DNA of 40,588 nt from Jimgerdemannia flammicorona. Its lineage: Eukaryota. The notes under the pieces were generated by a model that searched no databases, had not been told where the DNA came from, and saw only the letters and a program-made list of their open reading frames with translations. Shown here piece by piece: positions 1 through 12,436 of the stretch; the first letter of the stretch is position 1, and each line of letters opens with the position of its first letter. The stretch spans positions 1-40,588 of the forward strand of contig RBNJ01000119.1 in the NCBI GenBank assembly GCA_003990765.1, given 5' to 3'. The translations under genes and the position numbers were made by a program.

Positions 1-162
1 AAACTTCATAGTTATGAAAACTGAAGCCTAAGTGAGAAGGATCTTACTTTGTGTAAGATATAAAAGAAACCACCTTTTGGCTATAAAAACTCTCAGATAT
101 AATCATCTCTACTACTATTTACCAAAACTGACTCAAGAAGTATTATAGCTAGTCAATAAAGT

Positions 163-606
163 ATGACCACAGCCCTCAAGATCACTAGTACTGCACAATG
201 AGCCATAGAAAGGCAATGATATACTACTGAGCTACCCACAATAGAGAAATCCTTCAATAGTATCCAAAGTATAGTATAGATATATTTGTCATAAAATTCA
301 CACTTCAAGATCTACTAGAATTAGACAGAGCTTTTAGAATACTTCAAGTTAGGATAGCTACTGAATCTATAGCCAGAGACAGAAAAAGAAGATTGGATCA
401 GAGAATGCCTGCTCTCCTACACTCAGATCACTATTGCAAAATAAGTGTATAAGTTATTTAAGGAGAATAAGCCAGCCCTAGCTCACTTTTGGGAAGTGAT
501 TTCAGAAGACTTTACATAAGTCAGAAGATATCATTGGGAGAATGTGATGATACAGATTGTACAGTACAAGAAGCTACAGCTTGTGGAGGCTTGGGAGTTC
601 AAGTGA
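163..606 (+). pseudogene. Accessory ORF (148 codons) between integrase and PPT of family B Gypsy
   Basis: Single ATG-to-TGA frame (MTTALKITST...ELLEYFKLG*LL...TQITIAK*VYKLFKENKPALAHFWEVISEDF...EAWEFK). Internal stops are TAG/TAA/TGA, explainable by transitions. A homologue lies on the minus strand at ~23095-23540. Confidence 0.55.
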
Positions 607-647
607 ATAGAATGTTTCAGAGATAAATCACCTATTCAGGAGGAAGT

Positions 648-1116
648 TATGATGGTTGATCTAAATTAGTAATATGAATCAGAAGAATAGACATTTGATC
701 ATAGTACCTGAATCCAATTTCCAAATATAGTATAGTCTTATAAATAGTAGTCATATTTTCACAAATGTAGAAACTTCACAAATGTAGAAATCCTACAGAT
801 ATAGAATCTTCATAATCATAGAGATTTTACAGATATAGAGAACCTATACTTATAGAAAATAACTCATAAGAAATGTGGTTATAACTTATAGCTAGCAAAC
901 TTGTACATATAAATATCTCAGTATCTAGAGTGAATAAACCTCAGATTAAAATAGTTTAAAGCAAAGAGAAAGCAAAGGAACTAGTAAGCTTGTAGGCAGA
1001 TATACTTCAAACTTACCCACTCCTGTATCTGAGAACTCTGCAAAGTTAAAGAAGATTAAGTTTTCAAGATATGGAAATCTGATATACTTATATAGTTATA
1101 TATCTACTATATTATA
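648..1116 (+). repeat. Family B LTR (~470 bp)
   Basis: Starts right after the PPT with tatgatgg (mutated TG...). Homology to 22595-23051 (minus) stops at ...ctatattata. Contains TATA-like tataaata and aataaa. Confidence 0.7.
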
Positions 1117-1124
1117 GTATCTAT

Positions 1125-1660
1125 TTAAGAGTTATATTTATATACTCAGTTTATTCAATAGTCTAAGAGTAAAAAGCTATAAATATATATAGTAATTTAG
1201 ATCTCAAGAATTTAAAGAGAGCTTATTAGAAATGATTAATGAACTTAATTATTATAATAACTTACAATAGCCATAATAATAGATAATTAACTTAAAGAAG
1301 ATTATTATAATCTCAGAGATAGTAATATTAGTTATAATAGGTTTAGCAATTATAGTTTTAATTAGGTAATCAATAAATATAACTATAGTATTAATACTAT
1401 ATTTAATTTGAGAAAATTATATTTAAACTTCTTAATAAAAATAATTAATAGCTAAAGTAGACTAATAGATACTTAATTGCTAGGTATATTATACTAATAT
1501 AGATTATAACTAATAATATTGTACTTAATTTTCTTAATTATATTTAATTAATAATAATATTATTAGAGCTTTTAATAGTTTTTTTTCAATTTCTAAGTAA
1601 CTAACTAGTAGAGAGTCATAATACTCTTATAGTATCTTATAGCAGAGTTTTATATTATTT
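1125..1660 (-). mobile_element. Extremely mutated Gypsy integrase relic
   Basis: Minus-strand translation gives EYYDSL..SYLEIEK...YYY*LNI...SYNLY*YN..N*VSISLL*LL and KFINHF**ALF...IAFYS*TIE*TE. With transitions reversed these match HDSP..GHLGIEKT..YYWP..CDLCQ..GLLQPL and KFTSHFW...STAFHPQTDGQTE. Confidence 0.55.
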
Positions 1661-1711
1661 AAAAGATAGCCTTTGTCTTAATAATAGATCAGATTGTCTT
1701 CAATAATATAT

Positions 1712-2150
1712 TATAATAGTGATATCAGAATAGTGACATCATCACAGAAGACAGCCTTTCCTTATAAGCCACCAGATTGGAGCATAAGAAGATTATACAG
1801 CATGACTTACCCAGGCTATAAGATGAGTAATAATGACCAACCATGAGTCATTGTGACCACAAGACAGACAACTTAAGGAATATAAAAGAAGGACTAAGGA
1901 ACTGTAGCGGCAGCAACTCAAAAAAGACTCACAAATCCAAAAATAGTTCAAAGACTCATCTACTGCTGTGAAATGGAAACAAGAATCACCATTGCTACTG
2001 AATACCTCTGGATGTGGCAGGAATATGAAATAGGAAACCTTCTCTGCTGGGAATTCCCTCGGGCCAGTCCCCAAGAGATACAAGATGCTACCCCCATAGA
2101 TGCATATAAAATAAGGACAGTGAAGAAGATTCATCAGATCTTCAGGTATG
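1712..2150 (+). repeat. Truncated, internally deleted family A LTR fragment
   Basis: Colinear with 25576-~26182 and 32807-~33383 (tataatagtgatatcagaatagtgacatc...gatcttcaggtatgc). Lacks about 160 bp at ~1960. Confidence 0.85.
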
Positions 2151-2292
2151 CCTCTTCACCTGCTCCTTGGTCTCCTCCACCTGGTGTGCTATCACTTTGC
2201 CTTAGACACGTGTGTTGGACCGAAAACCGTTTCTTCCGTTCCTTTAAGGACCATTTAATCACCCCGCTAGCAATATCTAAAACGTCGACGTC

Positions 2293-3110
2293 GTGACCGA
2301 CATACCTGCTCAGAGAGAAGCTGAACTAATGGATAACATTAGTTACATTATCGGCTCCTTCTTGCAGCTAGCCAACCAGCTCGAAATTCGCTATAAATTC
2401 AAGGCTCATGTCCCGTATATTAGCCTCGTCAGTGCGACCTGTCATTTGACGTCCATATCCAGCGCGCGCCATCTCCGCATTGATGGTGTCGGTTTCTCGG
2501 GTCGTCAGGGATCCTTTATCCTCATCAGGCTCCCCGCAGCTTTACTTAGTCTCGCGCTGGCGGACCCGGCCCCGGTCGAGAACAGCCGGAGCAATTTCCC
2601 GGACGTCGCGCCCGTCCTCGCAATGAAGAGCCTTAAATGGCTCGAATTGAGAAAGACATATGTCATATCCGCCGCGCAGTTTCAACAGAGTCTGACGGTT
2701 TGGAAGCTCCAGCACCTGACGCTTGACAGCTGCACCCAGCTCCTCGACGACGTCGTTCTTTGTGACATCGCAGACCAATCTCCTAACCTGACAAGGTTCG
2801 AGTTGCGCGACGGTACAGATGCAAACCTTACCGATGCCTCACTATGCCACATCATTATAAAATGCCGCGACCTCCGCGTGCTCATCCTCCGCGTGCTCAT
2901 CCTCCACGACTCTGCTGTATCACTACGAAGTTCATCACACACGCTACACGAAACGCCCATTCGCTGAGGGTATTGACGATCACGGGACGTGATCTGGTCG
3001 ATGGCACGGTCACGGACAAAGAAGTTCGCCATCGAATATGCACCGGAGGAGGTGGAGAAATGTGTGGTACCGTTATGGGGAGTGCTGGGGAATGCGGTCT
3101 TTAAGTGGTG
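2293..3110 (+). pseudogene. Leucine-rich repeat (RNI/FBXL-like, Cys-containing) protein, 5'-truncated and frameshifted
   Basis: LRR units LKWLELRK, LQHLTLDSCTQLLDDVVLCDIADQSPNLTRFEL, LTDASLCHIIIKCRDLRVLIL. A 15-bp tandem duplication at ~2872-2905 is followed by a shift to the frame CITTKFITHATRNAHSLRVLTITG. The region abuts the LTR fragment. End approximate. Confidence 0.55.
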
Positions 3111-6009
3111 TTGATGTGGCGAGGGTTCGTTCGCGCCTGCAGGATCAGTGTGGTGGTTCTACGTCTATATTAGGCTTATGCGACCCAGCGCTCATGATGA
3201 GGTGTTCTGTGCATTATATGAGCGATCATAAATTCGAGATAACGATCCGCGCCAAATGACAGGAATAAAAACCCCCCTCCCCTTTGTTGTATATAAGATA
3301 CTCTTCCAGGCTATTTCAAACCCGAACCAAAGTTGTTCATAGGGGTGCACTTGAGAAATCTTTGAACTGTCGCGCTATGCACATCGAATCCGCGATTTCA
3401 TTTTTTTTCCCGCTTACCCCGTGGCGAAACCAGCAACAGGTACAACAAATAATTTCGACCAAGGAGTGGGTAATTTGATTTGATGATTTAAGAGTGCTAT
3501 TTTATTTTATTTTATTTTGTTTTTTTTCCCGGGTATTAACCTACTATCATTTACAACCCACCGAATATTTCTGTAAACACCACCCAGTGAGTCGATCAAT
3601 GTCAATAGGCTGTCAAACTTCTCTCTGACGAACAAAGTCTCCAGAGGTCCCATGATTCTATTGTCATTATTGATTCATGACCCACATTCAGGACACATTT
3701 AATTTATGATATATGATCTTTTTGTCGTTTCATATCCATGTAATTTTTATTTTTATTTTTATTTTTTCTTTTTTAGAGGTGGAGGAAGATAACGAAATTA
3801 CGAGGCACTAGCGAAACTACAGGGGACAGAGATGTCTTTGTGGCAACATGAAAGACTTCACCGTTCTTGTTACATGTGTTTGACAAGCATCGCCTGAAAC
3901 TTTTGATCCGACGCACTTCTAATTGATATACCAAGAGCCGACCTGAACGCCAAGCAATAAATTCATGGCTCGTATACTTCCTTCACGTCCGAGGAACAAC
4001 ATCTGATAGATCAAACATGGGGGTCACCCAGAATATATAGTATCATGCACGCCAAGAGCAGTTCAATTCGGCATACAAACAAATTAAAAACGTTGTGGGC
4101 CGCCTTAAACAGAACGAGCTTGATATATTGTCCTATTCGTTTAAGCATAAATTAGTGATTCTCAGACGGATTTGGACCACTTACTAAAATACATTGACTC
4201 TGTGGTTACCCATAAATTTCGCGGCGTAGAGGGGGCCGGCTGGCGTGAATATCGTAGGGTTCGCCGCAGCGTCAACGAGTTCGGTCTAAATGAAATACTT
4301 GATTTTCGTGCATCACACGCTCATCGGTTGTATACAAGTTTCCTGTTTGAGGAGATGATCGCGCTTTCGTCGTCTCTATTTGTACAATTTAATCTCTTCT
4401 TGTTCCAGCGCCGCCATCTCTAATTACAACGTTATTGGCTTTAATAATTTTCATTTTTGTGCGCGTCCGCCTTCCCGGTCATGCTATTATTATTTGCGCA
4501 AGCAAATGGGAGCTGACATATCTCTCGGTCATCTTTCTCGGGTGATAGTATTCATTTCTAATGCATTTCGGCCAAGTTTTGAAGACGCATTAGGCTTCTG
4601 ATCCAAATGAGCCCACTGGAAATGATTCATTATAGATGATTTAGGCAAGCCTCGGTCTTGCCGCATTTTCGCCACCAACGAACATGCGATATTCCAACGG
4701 CGAGTCGAATTTGGTAACTTCCCTTCTGGGAGATTTCAGTCATCAGAAATGTTACCCATTGTACTGTCACAAAAATCGAAGGATCCGTTTCTGGTGAGAT
4801 GGTAAATTGCTTTGTCCTCCGCTCAGTCCCCAGTTCTGTCGATATTTCATATCGTGTCACCAGATGAAGGTCCGCACTTGGTTAAATTCACCAATTAGTG
4901 CTTAAGTTGGTGTGGGGAGGATCGCTTATGGTTGGTTTCTGTCGGATCAATTTGCCGCTCAGATCAAATTTTAAACGAGATTTTTTTCTGTTTTTACTTG
5001 TTTTTATAAAGTACGCAGCTCTCTATGTTTTCTACGCGGCAGGAAAAATTACTGAATCCGTTCGCGAAACAATTTTAACAACACCTTGAAGAATATTAAG
5101 CAACAACACCGTGCTGCTCTCAACTGCCGACCTGCATTTGACAGCATCTTCTATTGCCCCAATCGGGTTGATTGCCTACTTTGTCTACTTGGTGAAGCAT
5201 GGTGCAACTGAACCCTGTCCAAGGCTCGGATCGTCAGGAAATGAGAACAAACCCCCTCAATCCCGTCAGTATCGTGTGATTTTCGGGCATGAAGTCGCAT
5301 AATGATTGCTGAGTGTATTATCGAACACAATAATATTGACAGCACACCGATATTCACCCCTTGCCCGGTTGCTCGCTAATCCTGGATACATAGGGAGAAT
5401 AAGTAATTACTGAACCCTCCTCTCGCGGCAACATGATGCCAACCGTTCCACAAAATTCACATAATTAGAATACATTTATCCGGCCTCAAACTGAGCGCGT
5501 GAAAGGCCGACTGTTCAGGGTAACAACGCTGTGGCACACTACGTTTTCCTGGTAACAGAGACCCGACCGTTGACCGTGAACGTTCAGGGACGGCTCTCCG
5601 TTACTAGATGGATTTCAGCCTGTGGTATATTAATTCCTAGAACCTAATTTTAACACCGTGTCACATTATCTCACGTTTGTGTAATAACGGAGGCTTAGAC
5701 GAGCTGTCTATTTCGACGTTTGTGTAACAACTGAGCTTAGTTGCGGGTGCTAGTCGGACGTAATGCCGATCTCCCGAAGCTTGCCGACCAAACCATATTC
5801 GACATAACTGATCAGTTATGCGATGTGCGCTACTCCAGGAACGGAACAAGCAATTTATTTCACGTGATCTGGCCTATACTACGGTTCATGAAAGACATAA
5901 AATGAAGAGCATGCAATGCCGTCGGATTTTTCGTGCCAAGCCTACAAAGACCGACATTTTTGCAGACTTCACCCGCAACACATTCTCGGACCCTTTAAAT
6001 TATATCACC

Positions 6010-8019
6010 ATGGTGAAGATCTTCAGCCCCCTTTTGGCCATCTGCGCCGTCGCCCTGTCCGTCCTTGTCAGCGCCTCACCGCTTGAGAAGCGCAGCGGCA
6101 CTTTCAACGTAAGGCCCGACAAAATGCTAAATTGTGATCACCTCCGAAATGCATAGCATAAATTCGTATGCGAATCATCCGTATTAAAACCATCATCCGT
6201 CTACAACGATCTTCATCGCACAGCCTGCATGCAATAACAATGTCGTCCTCTACTGGGGTCAAGATTCCGCTGCCGGTGGTGGCCTTACCCTCCAGGGCCC
6301 TCTGAGGCAATATTGTGACGGCAATTCGGACATCCTCGTGTTGGCGTTCGTCACAAAGTTCCATGACAGCACCGTGAGTATTATAAGGATGCAGGTTCAT
6401 GAATTGACGAAATTAAGGTTAATCCTCGTCCTCATTTTGACATCACGTAGGGCTACCCCGTGCTGAACTTCGCCAACCAGTGTGACCCCGTCAATAACTT
6501 CAACGGCACCAACCTGGTAAGCAGAAGCTCCGAGTTTTTTGCGAAGCACTGTGCGAATATAATATTCATGACACATTTCCACCCCTCCCTTCCACAACAG
6601 CTCCACTGCCCTGCCATCGGCGCTGACATCAAGTATTGCCAGTCCAAAGGCAAGATTGTTCTCTTGTCGCTCGGTGGCTGGACCTCGGAAACGATTGCGC
6701 CCGACGCCACCGCGTTCGCCGACCAGCTGTGGAATTTGTTCGGCGAGGGCAGCTCACCCATCAGGCCGTTTGACGACGCTCATATCGACGGTTTTGACTG
6801 GGACATTGAACACGACCCGGGAACCGACATGATCGCCATTGCCAACCGCCTCACCTACCACTACAAGACCGCCTCCAAGAAGTACTACATGACTGCTGCG
6901 CCCTTTTGCTCCGGCCTTTCGACCCAAGCCTATAACGCCGCCTTCCTCAAGAATATTTACGTTGATTTCGTGAGTGTTCGATGCGGTGTTATCGGCTATT
7001 GAGGTTTATGTCGTAAGCTAAACTTTCAATATCCATGCTCTATGTAGATCTGGCCCCAATTCTACAGCGATTGGTGTTCGAACGCGTACTACAAGAACCC
7101 AGCCGTCCCTGCACAGTACTACACGAATTACGTCGATTGGCACAACTGGGCTGTTTCCGGTGGCAACCCTAACCCCAATGTGAAGCTTTTCGGTAGTTAC
7201 ATCGTTCATGTATGCTCTCAGAACTCGTTCATTACAATAGTATTTTTTTTTTTCCTTCTAACCTATCGTCCCCCCCCCACATGCACCGTTTCCGACTTGC
7301 AATACGCACACATTAGTTGGTGGTACGTAGCCCTTGCTGTTAATTATCTTGTACAAGGGCAGGATATCTTACATTTGGACATCAAGACTCACTCATTCTC
7401 CCATTCCCTCTCAGGCATTGCCGGTGATCATGCAGGTAACCCCAACGACTTCCTCAACGTGGCCGACACAACGGCCGAATTGCAAAATTTCCAGACCGGC
7501 TACCCCTCGACCTTCGGTGGTGCCATGTACTGGGATGCTTCCTACGCGTACGACCAGAATCCCAACTACGCCGGCGTCGCCAAGAGCGCCTTGGCCGGCC
7601 ACGCGAACTGTGCTGCGCCACCAGTCAGTGCGTCCAAGACTTCGACTCAGACCACGACCTCGACCCAGACGCCGACCCAGACGCCAACCCAGACCAAGAC
7701 GCCGACGCCGACCTCCAGCACCGTCAGCCCCGCGCCAACTCCTGGTTCCGGTCCGTGCTCTGTCAGCGGTCAGGCTGTATGTGTTTCCGCCAGCGGCAAG
7801 GCCGACGATTACACTCAGTGCGTGAACGGCAACTGGCTCTCGCGCGCGTGCGGCGCTGGTACCTACTGCATCCAGAACGATGCCAACAGTGTCTCGTGTG
7901 GCTTTGCCTCCGTCAAGAGGAGGGGTCTCCCCATCATCGCGGGGCCCGGCAAAATCGCCAAGAACCCACTCGAGAAGCTTCCCAACTTCCCCCCTCAGCA
8001 GACCCACCGTCCCATGTAA
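6010..8019 (+). CDS. Secreted GH18 class III (Cts1/hevamine-like) chitinase with Ser/Thr linker and CBM19-like chitin-binding module; exons 6010-6108, 6224-6373, 6451-6516, 6601-6969, 7048-7192, (7317-7322), 7415-8019
   Basis: Signal peptide MVKIFSPLLAICAVALSVLVSA. Motifs YWGQ, LLSLGG, catalytic DGFDWDIE (DxxDxDxE), AAPFC, QFY and GGAMYWDAS. TQTP-rich linker and C-x7-C...CVNGNW..RACGAGTYC. All introns are GT-AG and phase-consistent. Confidence 0.93.
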
Positions 8020-9604
8020 ATCGGACGAGGTCGAAGGATGTACCTTAGACGCATGATTTTTCATGCACCTGTACTATACCAGCGATGTGTGATGATCCCA
8101 GTGGACTGGAAATGTCCACTGTTACAACGACAATGAGATTTGCTATTAATTTAAAAATTAAATATATCACAATGAATAAAACTACACATTCAAGTCAGAG
8201 TGACACTTAAGTTAGATGGTAGTTGAATTGAGTTTAGATCAGATTGCAAAAATATTTTAATATTATATAGCTAATAACGTAGCTAATAACTATTAAATAA
8301 TAATTGTGATAAATATATATATTATAGAAAATAAATGTACTATTGAAATGAACGAGATGCTTCCATATAGTTAAATCAGATGAAATCTGAGTTTTAAACT
8401 ATATATCAGTGAATATGAGAAGTTCAATTATCTTCAGATTTATAAGGAAATACTTTATAACTAAACTAGACTGATATGCCCCTTTCTCTGCTACCTTACC
8501 AGTCACAAGATTTGGTAGGCAATCTTCTAAGTTCCTTTTCCACAACTTATACCTCCTCTACCTTAAGTTGGTTTACTATACCTATTGCAAGGCAGTGAGA
8601 GGGAGGCAATGGTGATGAGTTGCCTCTTTATTAGTGTCAGATTGGTGTTTTCTCTACTTTTTCACAATTTCTAGTACCTTAGGTATATCTATTTTGGTAT
8701 GGCACCTTCTTCTTTTTGCTGTTATCAATAAGATATCATCTTGATATATTATAGATTATGTAGAGAGTCAGCCAACCTTGGGCATCAAGTGCCAGTATAG
8801 GTTACCTGCAGATCCTCAGTATCTATAGTAGGGCTCTCTGAGCTTTGGCAAGCTTTCTAGCAAGTATGATTCTAGTATAGGTGATTGTTTCTTAAGTGGA
8901 GTTAAAATGAGAGAAGAGATGACTATTATAGATAAGAGAAAGGATGATTATAGTAAACCAGTAGAGTACCAGCTGGTGACAGTCATCAGGACTGGGGTAA
9001 GTACTATATCAGTTGGGCCTTCTGATTGGTGCAGAGTAGTTAGATAATAGATATCACTCTTGGCTACTTTTGGCAATATGTGGGATTGGGCCCTAGTCAT
9101 TGAGAGTAGTCAGGGGGTCTGAGGCTATCTGAATTAAGTATCTTGGCTATACTCAACTAGAATCAGAAGCTGATATAGTAATATTATCAAGGCCTATAAG
9201 CTTGAGTAGTAAGATATTAGAAGTCTTCTCTTGCTCTATATATAAGTTCTCTACTCACCTCATTGGAGAGAACTAGGTCCTATCTACTATTCTGTACTTT
9301 GAGGGGAATCATTCTTTATCTATTACTCTATTTGAGATAGCAGAGACTATTCTATTCAGCTCAGATATAGTCTTATATATATATTGAGATTTCAGGTATA
9401 TATCTTCAGTTGTGGATATATGATCACTTTCTCCCTAATAATAGAGAGAGTATAGTATGCAGAATAAGATATAGACTAATATATATATAAGCCCTACTGT
9501 ATCTAATATAGTTGAGCTGCTAGACAATAGCTATCTTAGGTTTAATAAGAATATAGTACTTGGGGGATAGTGGGGGAGGGTTTTGGCCTATATTGGTGCT
9601 CTGA

Positions 9605-9790
9605 ACAGATGGAGTTGATCCAGATGAGATTTAATTCAGATTCATCATATAGTGGATTTGAATTAACTCAGATTGGTCTTGTAATCTGATCCAGATTGAT
9701 CCAGATTGATTCAGATTGATCCATCCAGATTGATTCATCTGGATTGGTCCATCTGGATTGGTCCATCCAGATTGATCTATCCAAATTGAA
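9605..9790. repeat. Left subterminal repeat array of the hAT element
   Basis: Reiterated gatccagatt / atctggatt / gattcagatt motifs. Confidence 0.75.
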
Positions 9791-9953
9791 ATCTTTAGTG
9801 ATATTACTCTTTCTTTTGTTCATTTCGCTCTTGTTTTTTTTTTTTCCTGTCGCACTTTGGTGACATCACTCTTTCCTTTTGCTCCCTCTCTTCTTTTGTT
9901 CTTTTCTTTATTCTTTTTCTTTGTTTTTTTTCTTTGTTCTTTCCTGCCGCATC

Positions 9954-12085
9954 ATGAGCAAACAAAACAGCAGCCCTTAATTCATATGTTGGTCCAGTCT
10001 ACTCATTTTTCACCCTGCAATGATCATCAAAAGAGAGAGTATTTGAGGTGGAAATATACTCTCTGCTGACAATGTTAGATTCTTTCTTATATAGACAGTA
10101 CACAAGCTGCTCATCGAGAGCTAAAGAGGTGATGGCGGTAGCAATGGTGGTGGCAATAACAGTGGCAATGGTGGTGGCAATGGTGGGGATGAGGGAGAAT
10201 TCCGGTAACAACTTACAGTGGCCCTTTGGACCTCAGAATTCACAGACTTCACAGCTATGTACATGGCAGCCTTTTTGGAGCAGCTGATAGTAGATGTAGG
10301 TTGCTCACTCAGCTGCCACTTGTTTACTTGTATTTATTTAAATTTCTCCATCATGATCCAATTCATCTTGTGCTTTTCTTAGAGTCTATAGCTCTATGGC
10401 GAGATCTGCCAACTTTATTTACAACATCTGGTCAAGATGAAGAAAGGCTGGCAGATGTTGTGGGGCATGCTTTTGGTGGCTGAGCTGTTGAGTCAATGCA
10501 TCATGTGGTGGAGGTCTCAAAAGGAACAGAAGTAAGCCTTTGTAAGCAATCTTGTATAACTTGTGCAACTCGTCAGCATGCAACTTGTCAGCATATAGCT
10601 CACTCACTCACTCACTCACACTCTTTTTCTGAAATACCCATCTCTGTGTTTTATTTAATTTCATTTTTACATGGTCTCCTCCTAAAAAACACCCACACCC
10701 ACATGCAACCCATCTGCATGCAATCTGCCCACATGCAACCCACCCACATGCAACCCACCCACATGCAACCCACCCATGTGCAACCCGCCTACATACAACT
10801 CACCCACATGCAACTCATCTGCATGCAACCCATCTGTATGCAACCCATCTGCATACTTATCTCAGTCCCTCAGATCAGAGCTCAGTTCTATTGGAAAGGA
10901 GAGTTCAAAGTTACCTGAGTTCAACCATGTTTGGTGTCTGATCAAATAGAGAAATTCAAGGGCAAGATGTTCAGCATGAGCAGTACCAGTATTGTCATCA
11001 AGGCTTAGGGATCGACATTCAAATCAGAGTCAATTATTCTCAACCAAGGAGTCCATTGGCCAGCAGGAGTAACCAATGACAAAGAGAACCATATCATTAT
11101 TAACGAATGCAGAGAGGTGGTTGTGATGGTGGTAAGGAACCTCTACAGTAATGAGCTTCTCCACCACATTAATGAGATTTGTGAGGATTGCATCAAATAT
11201 CGGGTGGCAGGAAAGAGGGGGTGAAAAAAGCAAGAAGGAGGGGTTTGGATGGGAATTGGGTATACTGCAATACTGGCGAAGAGTGGGTTCTGGAGTTCTG
11301 AAATCCCCCACACTCATCTCTCTTTTTTTTTTTTACTCCTCCCTAGATAAATCACACTCTTTACCAATATACTCTTTTTGATATAAATTCAGAGATGCAC
11401 AAGATTCTGTACCCCTACCAGAACTTTAGAAGTACCATCGAAGAGCAAACTGTGTGCAAGCATGACATAGCCTGTGCAGTGATAGTAGCTATAATCTGGA
11501 GTTCTTTGAGCAGATTGGTAGAGTATATGGCAAGTCAGCTTAGTGGTGATCTCGGCATGACTGTACATACATTCTTGGTGTAATTTAGCATACCATATGA
11601 GGTAAGGAGCTCCACTTTTTTGGGGTGCTGCAGCCCAGGGGTTTCTGCCCCCCTGTATGTAAAAAGAACTGACCAGTTGCTATCCGTTTTGGCAGATTTC
11701 CAAGCTGGAGCTCCCGGGGTTGGACCAAGGGCAGGCATCCACCAGCACAGTCTGGCAGTATGAGGTCCTGGACCAAGGGTTCACCCAACCATATACTTAT
11801 ATCACATCAGGATACATCAGGCACAACCTTTCTCTGCCCACACATATAGACAACAATGTCACCCCAGTAATGTTTTATATCCCAGAAAGGAAGGGCCCAA
11901 CCTGGGAGGACAGTGGCGGAGTCTGGTACAACCTCACCTATGGTTTCAGGGTCCTGTTTGCAGCCAACATAGCTGTCCTATTCCAACCACACAATCACCA
12001 TGGCACCATCACCTTCAAGGAGAGCTCAGACACAATAGTTGTCATACTCACAACAGATGATAGGCTCATCAAGGCCTGGGACTGA
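9954..12085 (+). pseudogene. Spliced TET/JBP-family 2OG-Fe(II) dioxygenase-like gene inside the hAT element (degenerate)
   Basis: The last exon (11696-12085) is open: SGYIRHNLSLPTHIDNN (HxD at 11843-11851)...GGVWYNLTYGFRV..AANIAVLFQPHNHHGT (distal His ~11999)...TTDDRLIKAW. Upstream exons read HIIINECREVVVMVVRNLYSNELLHHINEIC (10874-11220) and KHDIACAVIVAIIWSSL (~11347-11601). Introns 10532-10873 and 11602-11695 are GT-AG and in phase. Several transition-derived stops and at least one frameshift. The 5' exons and start are uncertain. Confidence 0.72.
10700..10855 (+). repeat. 15-bp tandem repeat (catgcaacccaccca-type) within an intron of the cargo gene
   Basis: About 10 degenerate copies. Explains the spurious MQPTH-repeat ORF 10496-10918. 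Confidence 0.8.
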
Positions 12086-12102
12086 TGGGTGGAGCAGTTT
12101 TT

Positions 12103-12185
12103 GTAAGAGTTAGACAATCTTTCATGAGGGTTAGGCAATCTTTTGTGAGGGTTAGGCAATCTTTTGTGAGGGTTAGGCAGCCATT
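12103..12185 (+). repeat. 20/21-bp tandem repeat (tgtgagggttaggcaatcttt)
   Basis: About 4 copies directly after the cargo gene stop codon. Confidence 0.75.
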
Positions 12186-12436
12186 TTGTGCAGGCTGGGT
12201 AGTCTTATGTGGGGGGGTTGGACCAGGCACCTCTTCTATAGTACTAGCTTAGCCATTATATAGGGCCCTACCAGCCCCTCAGTCCTGCTCTGTAGTGCTA
12301 CCAGTACAGTGCTATGGCATAGGGCTGGGGTGCTCATAGGACCCAAACTGGTAACTTTGACTACTAGAAATACCCTCCAATTGCCAGAAATGCCCTCTGA
12401 CTGCCAGAAGCACCCTCTACCCTGGACTTCTTGGTA

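Larger units (their letters stand above)
1..1116 (+). mobile_element. 3' end of a degenerate Ty3/Gypsy LTR retrotransposon (family B): integrase C-terminus, accessory ORF, PPT, 3' LTR
   Basis: 1-160 aligns with the integrase C-terminus at ~32285-32430 (KLxxKWEGP-like). PPT aggaggaag at ~638-646. The whole segment matches the reverse complement of ~22595-23697. Confidence 0.8.

Noticed and set aside
3280-5900. CpG-rich stretch with short ORFs (e.g. 4630-4860 minus) and possible splice sites
   Set aside because: May hold degenerate gene fragments, but I could not build a consistent frame or recognise a domain.
7334-8064. Long alternative-frame and antisense ORFs (163, 217 and 97 aa)
   Set aside because: Shadows of the GC-rich chitinase last exon; low-complexity products.
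10496-10918. ORF with MQPTH repeats
   Set aside because: Mostly read-through of an intronic 15-bp tandem repeat in the TET-like gene.
12103-12185. gggtta-containing repeats as telomeric sequence
   Set aside because: The unit is ~20 bp with a single gggtta, not tandem TTAGGG.
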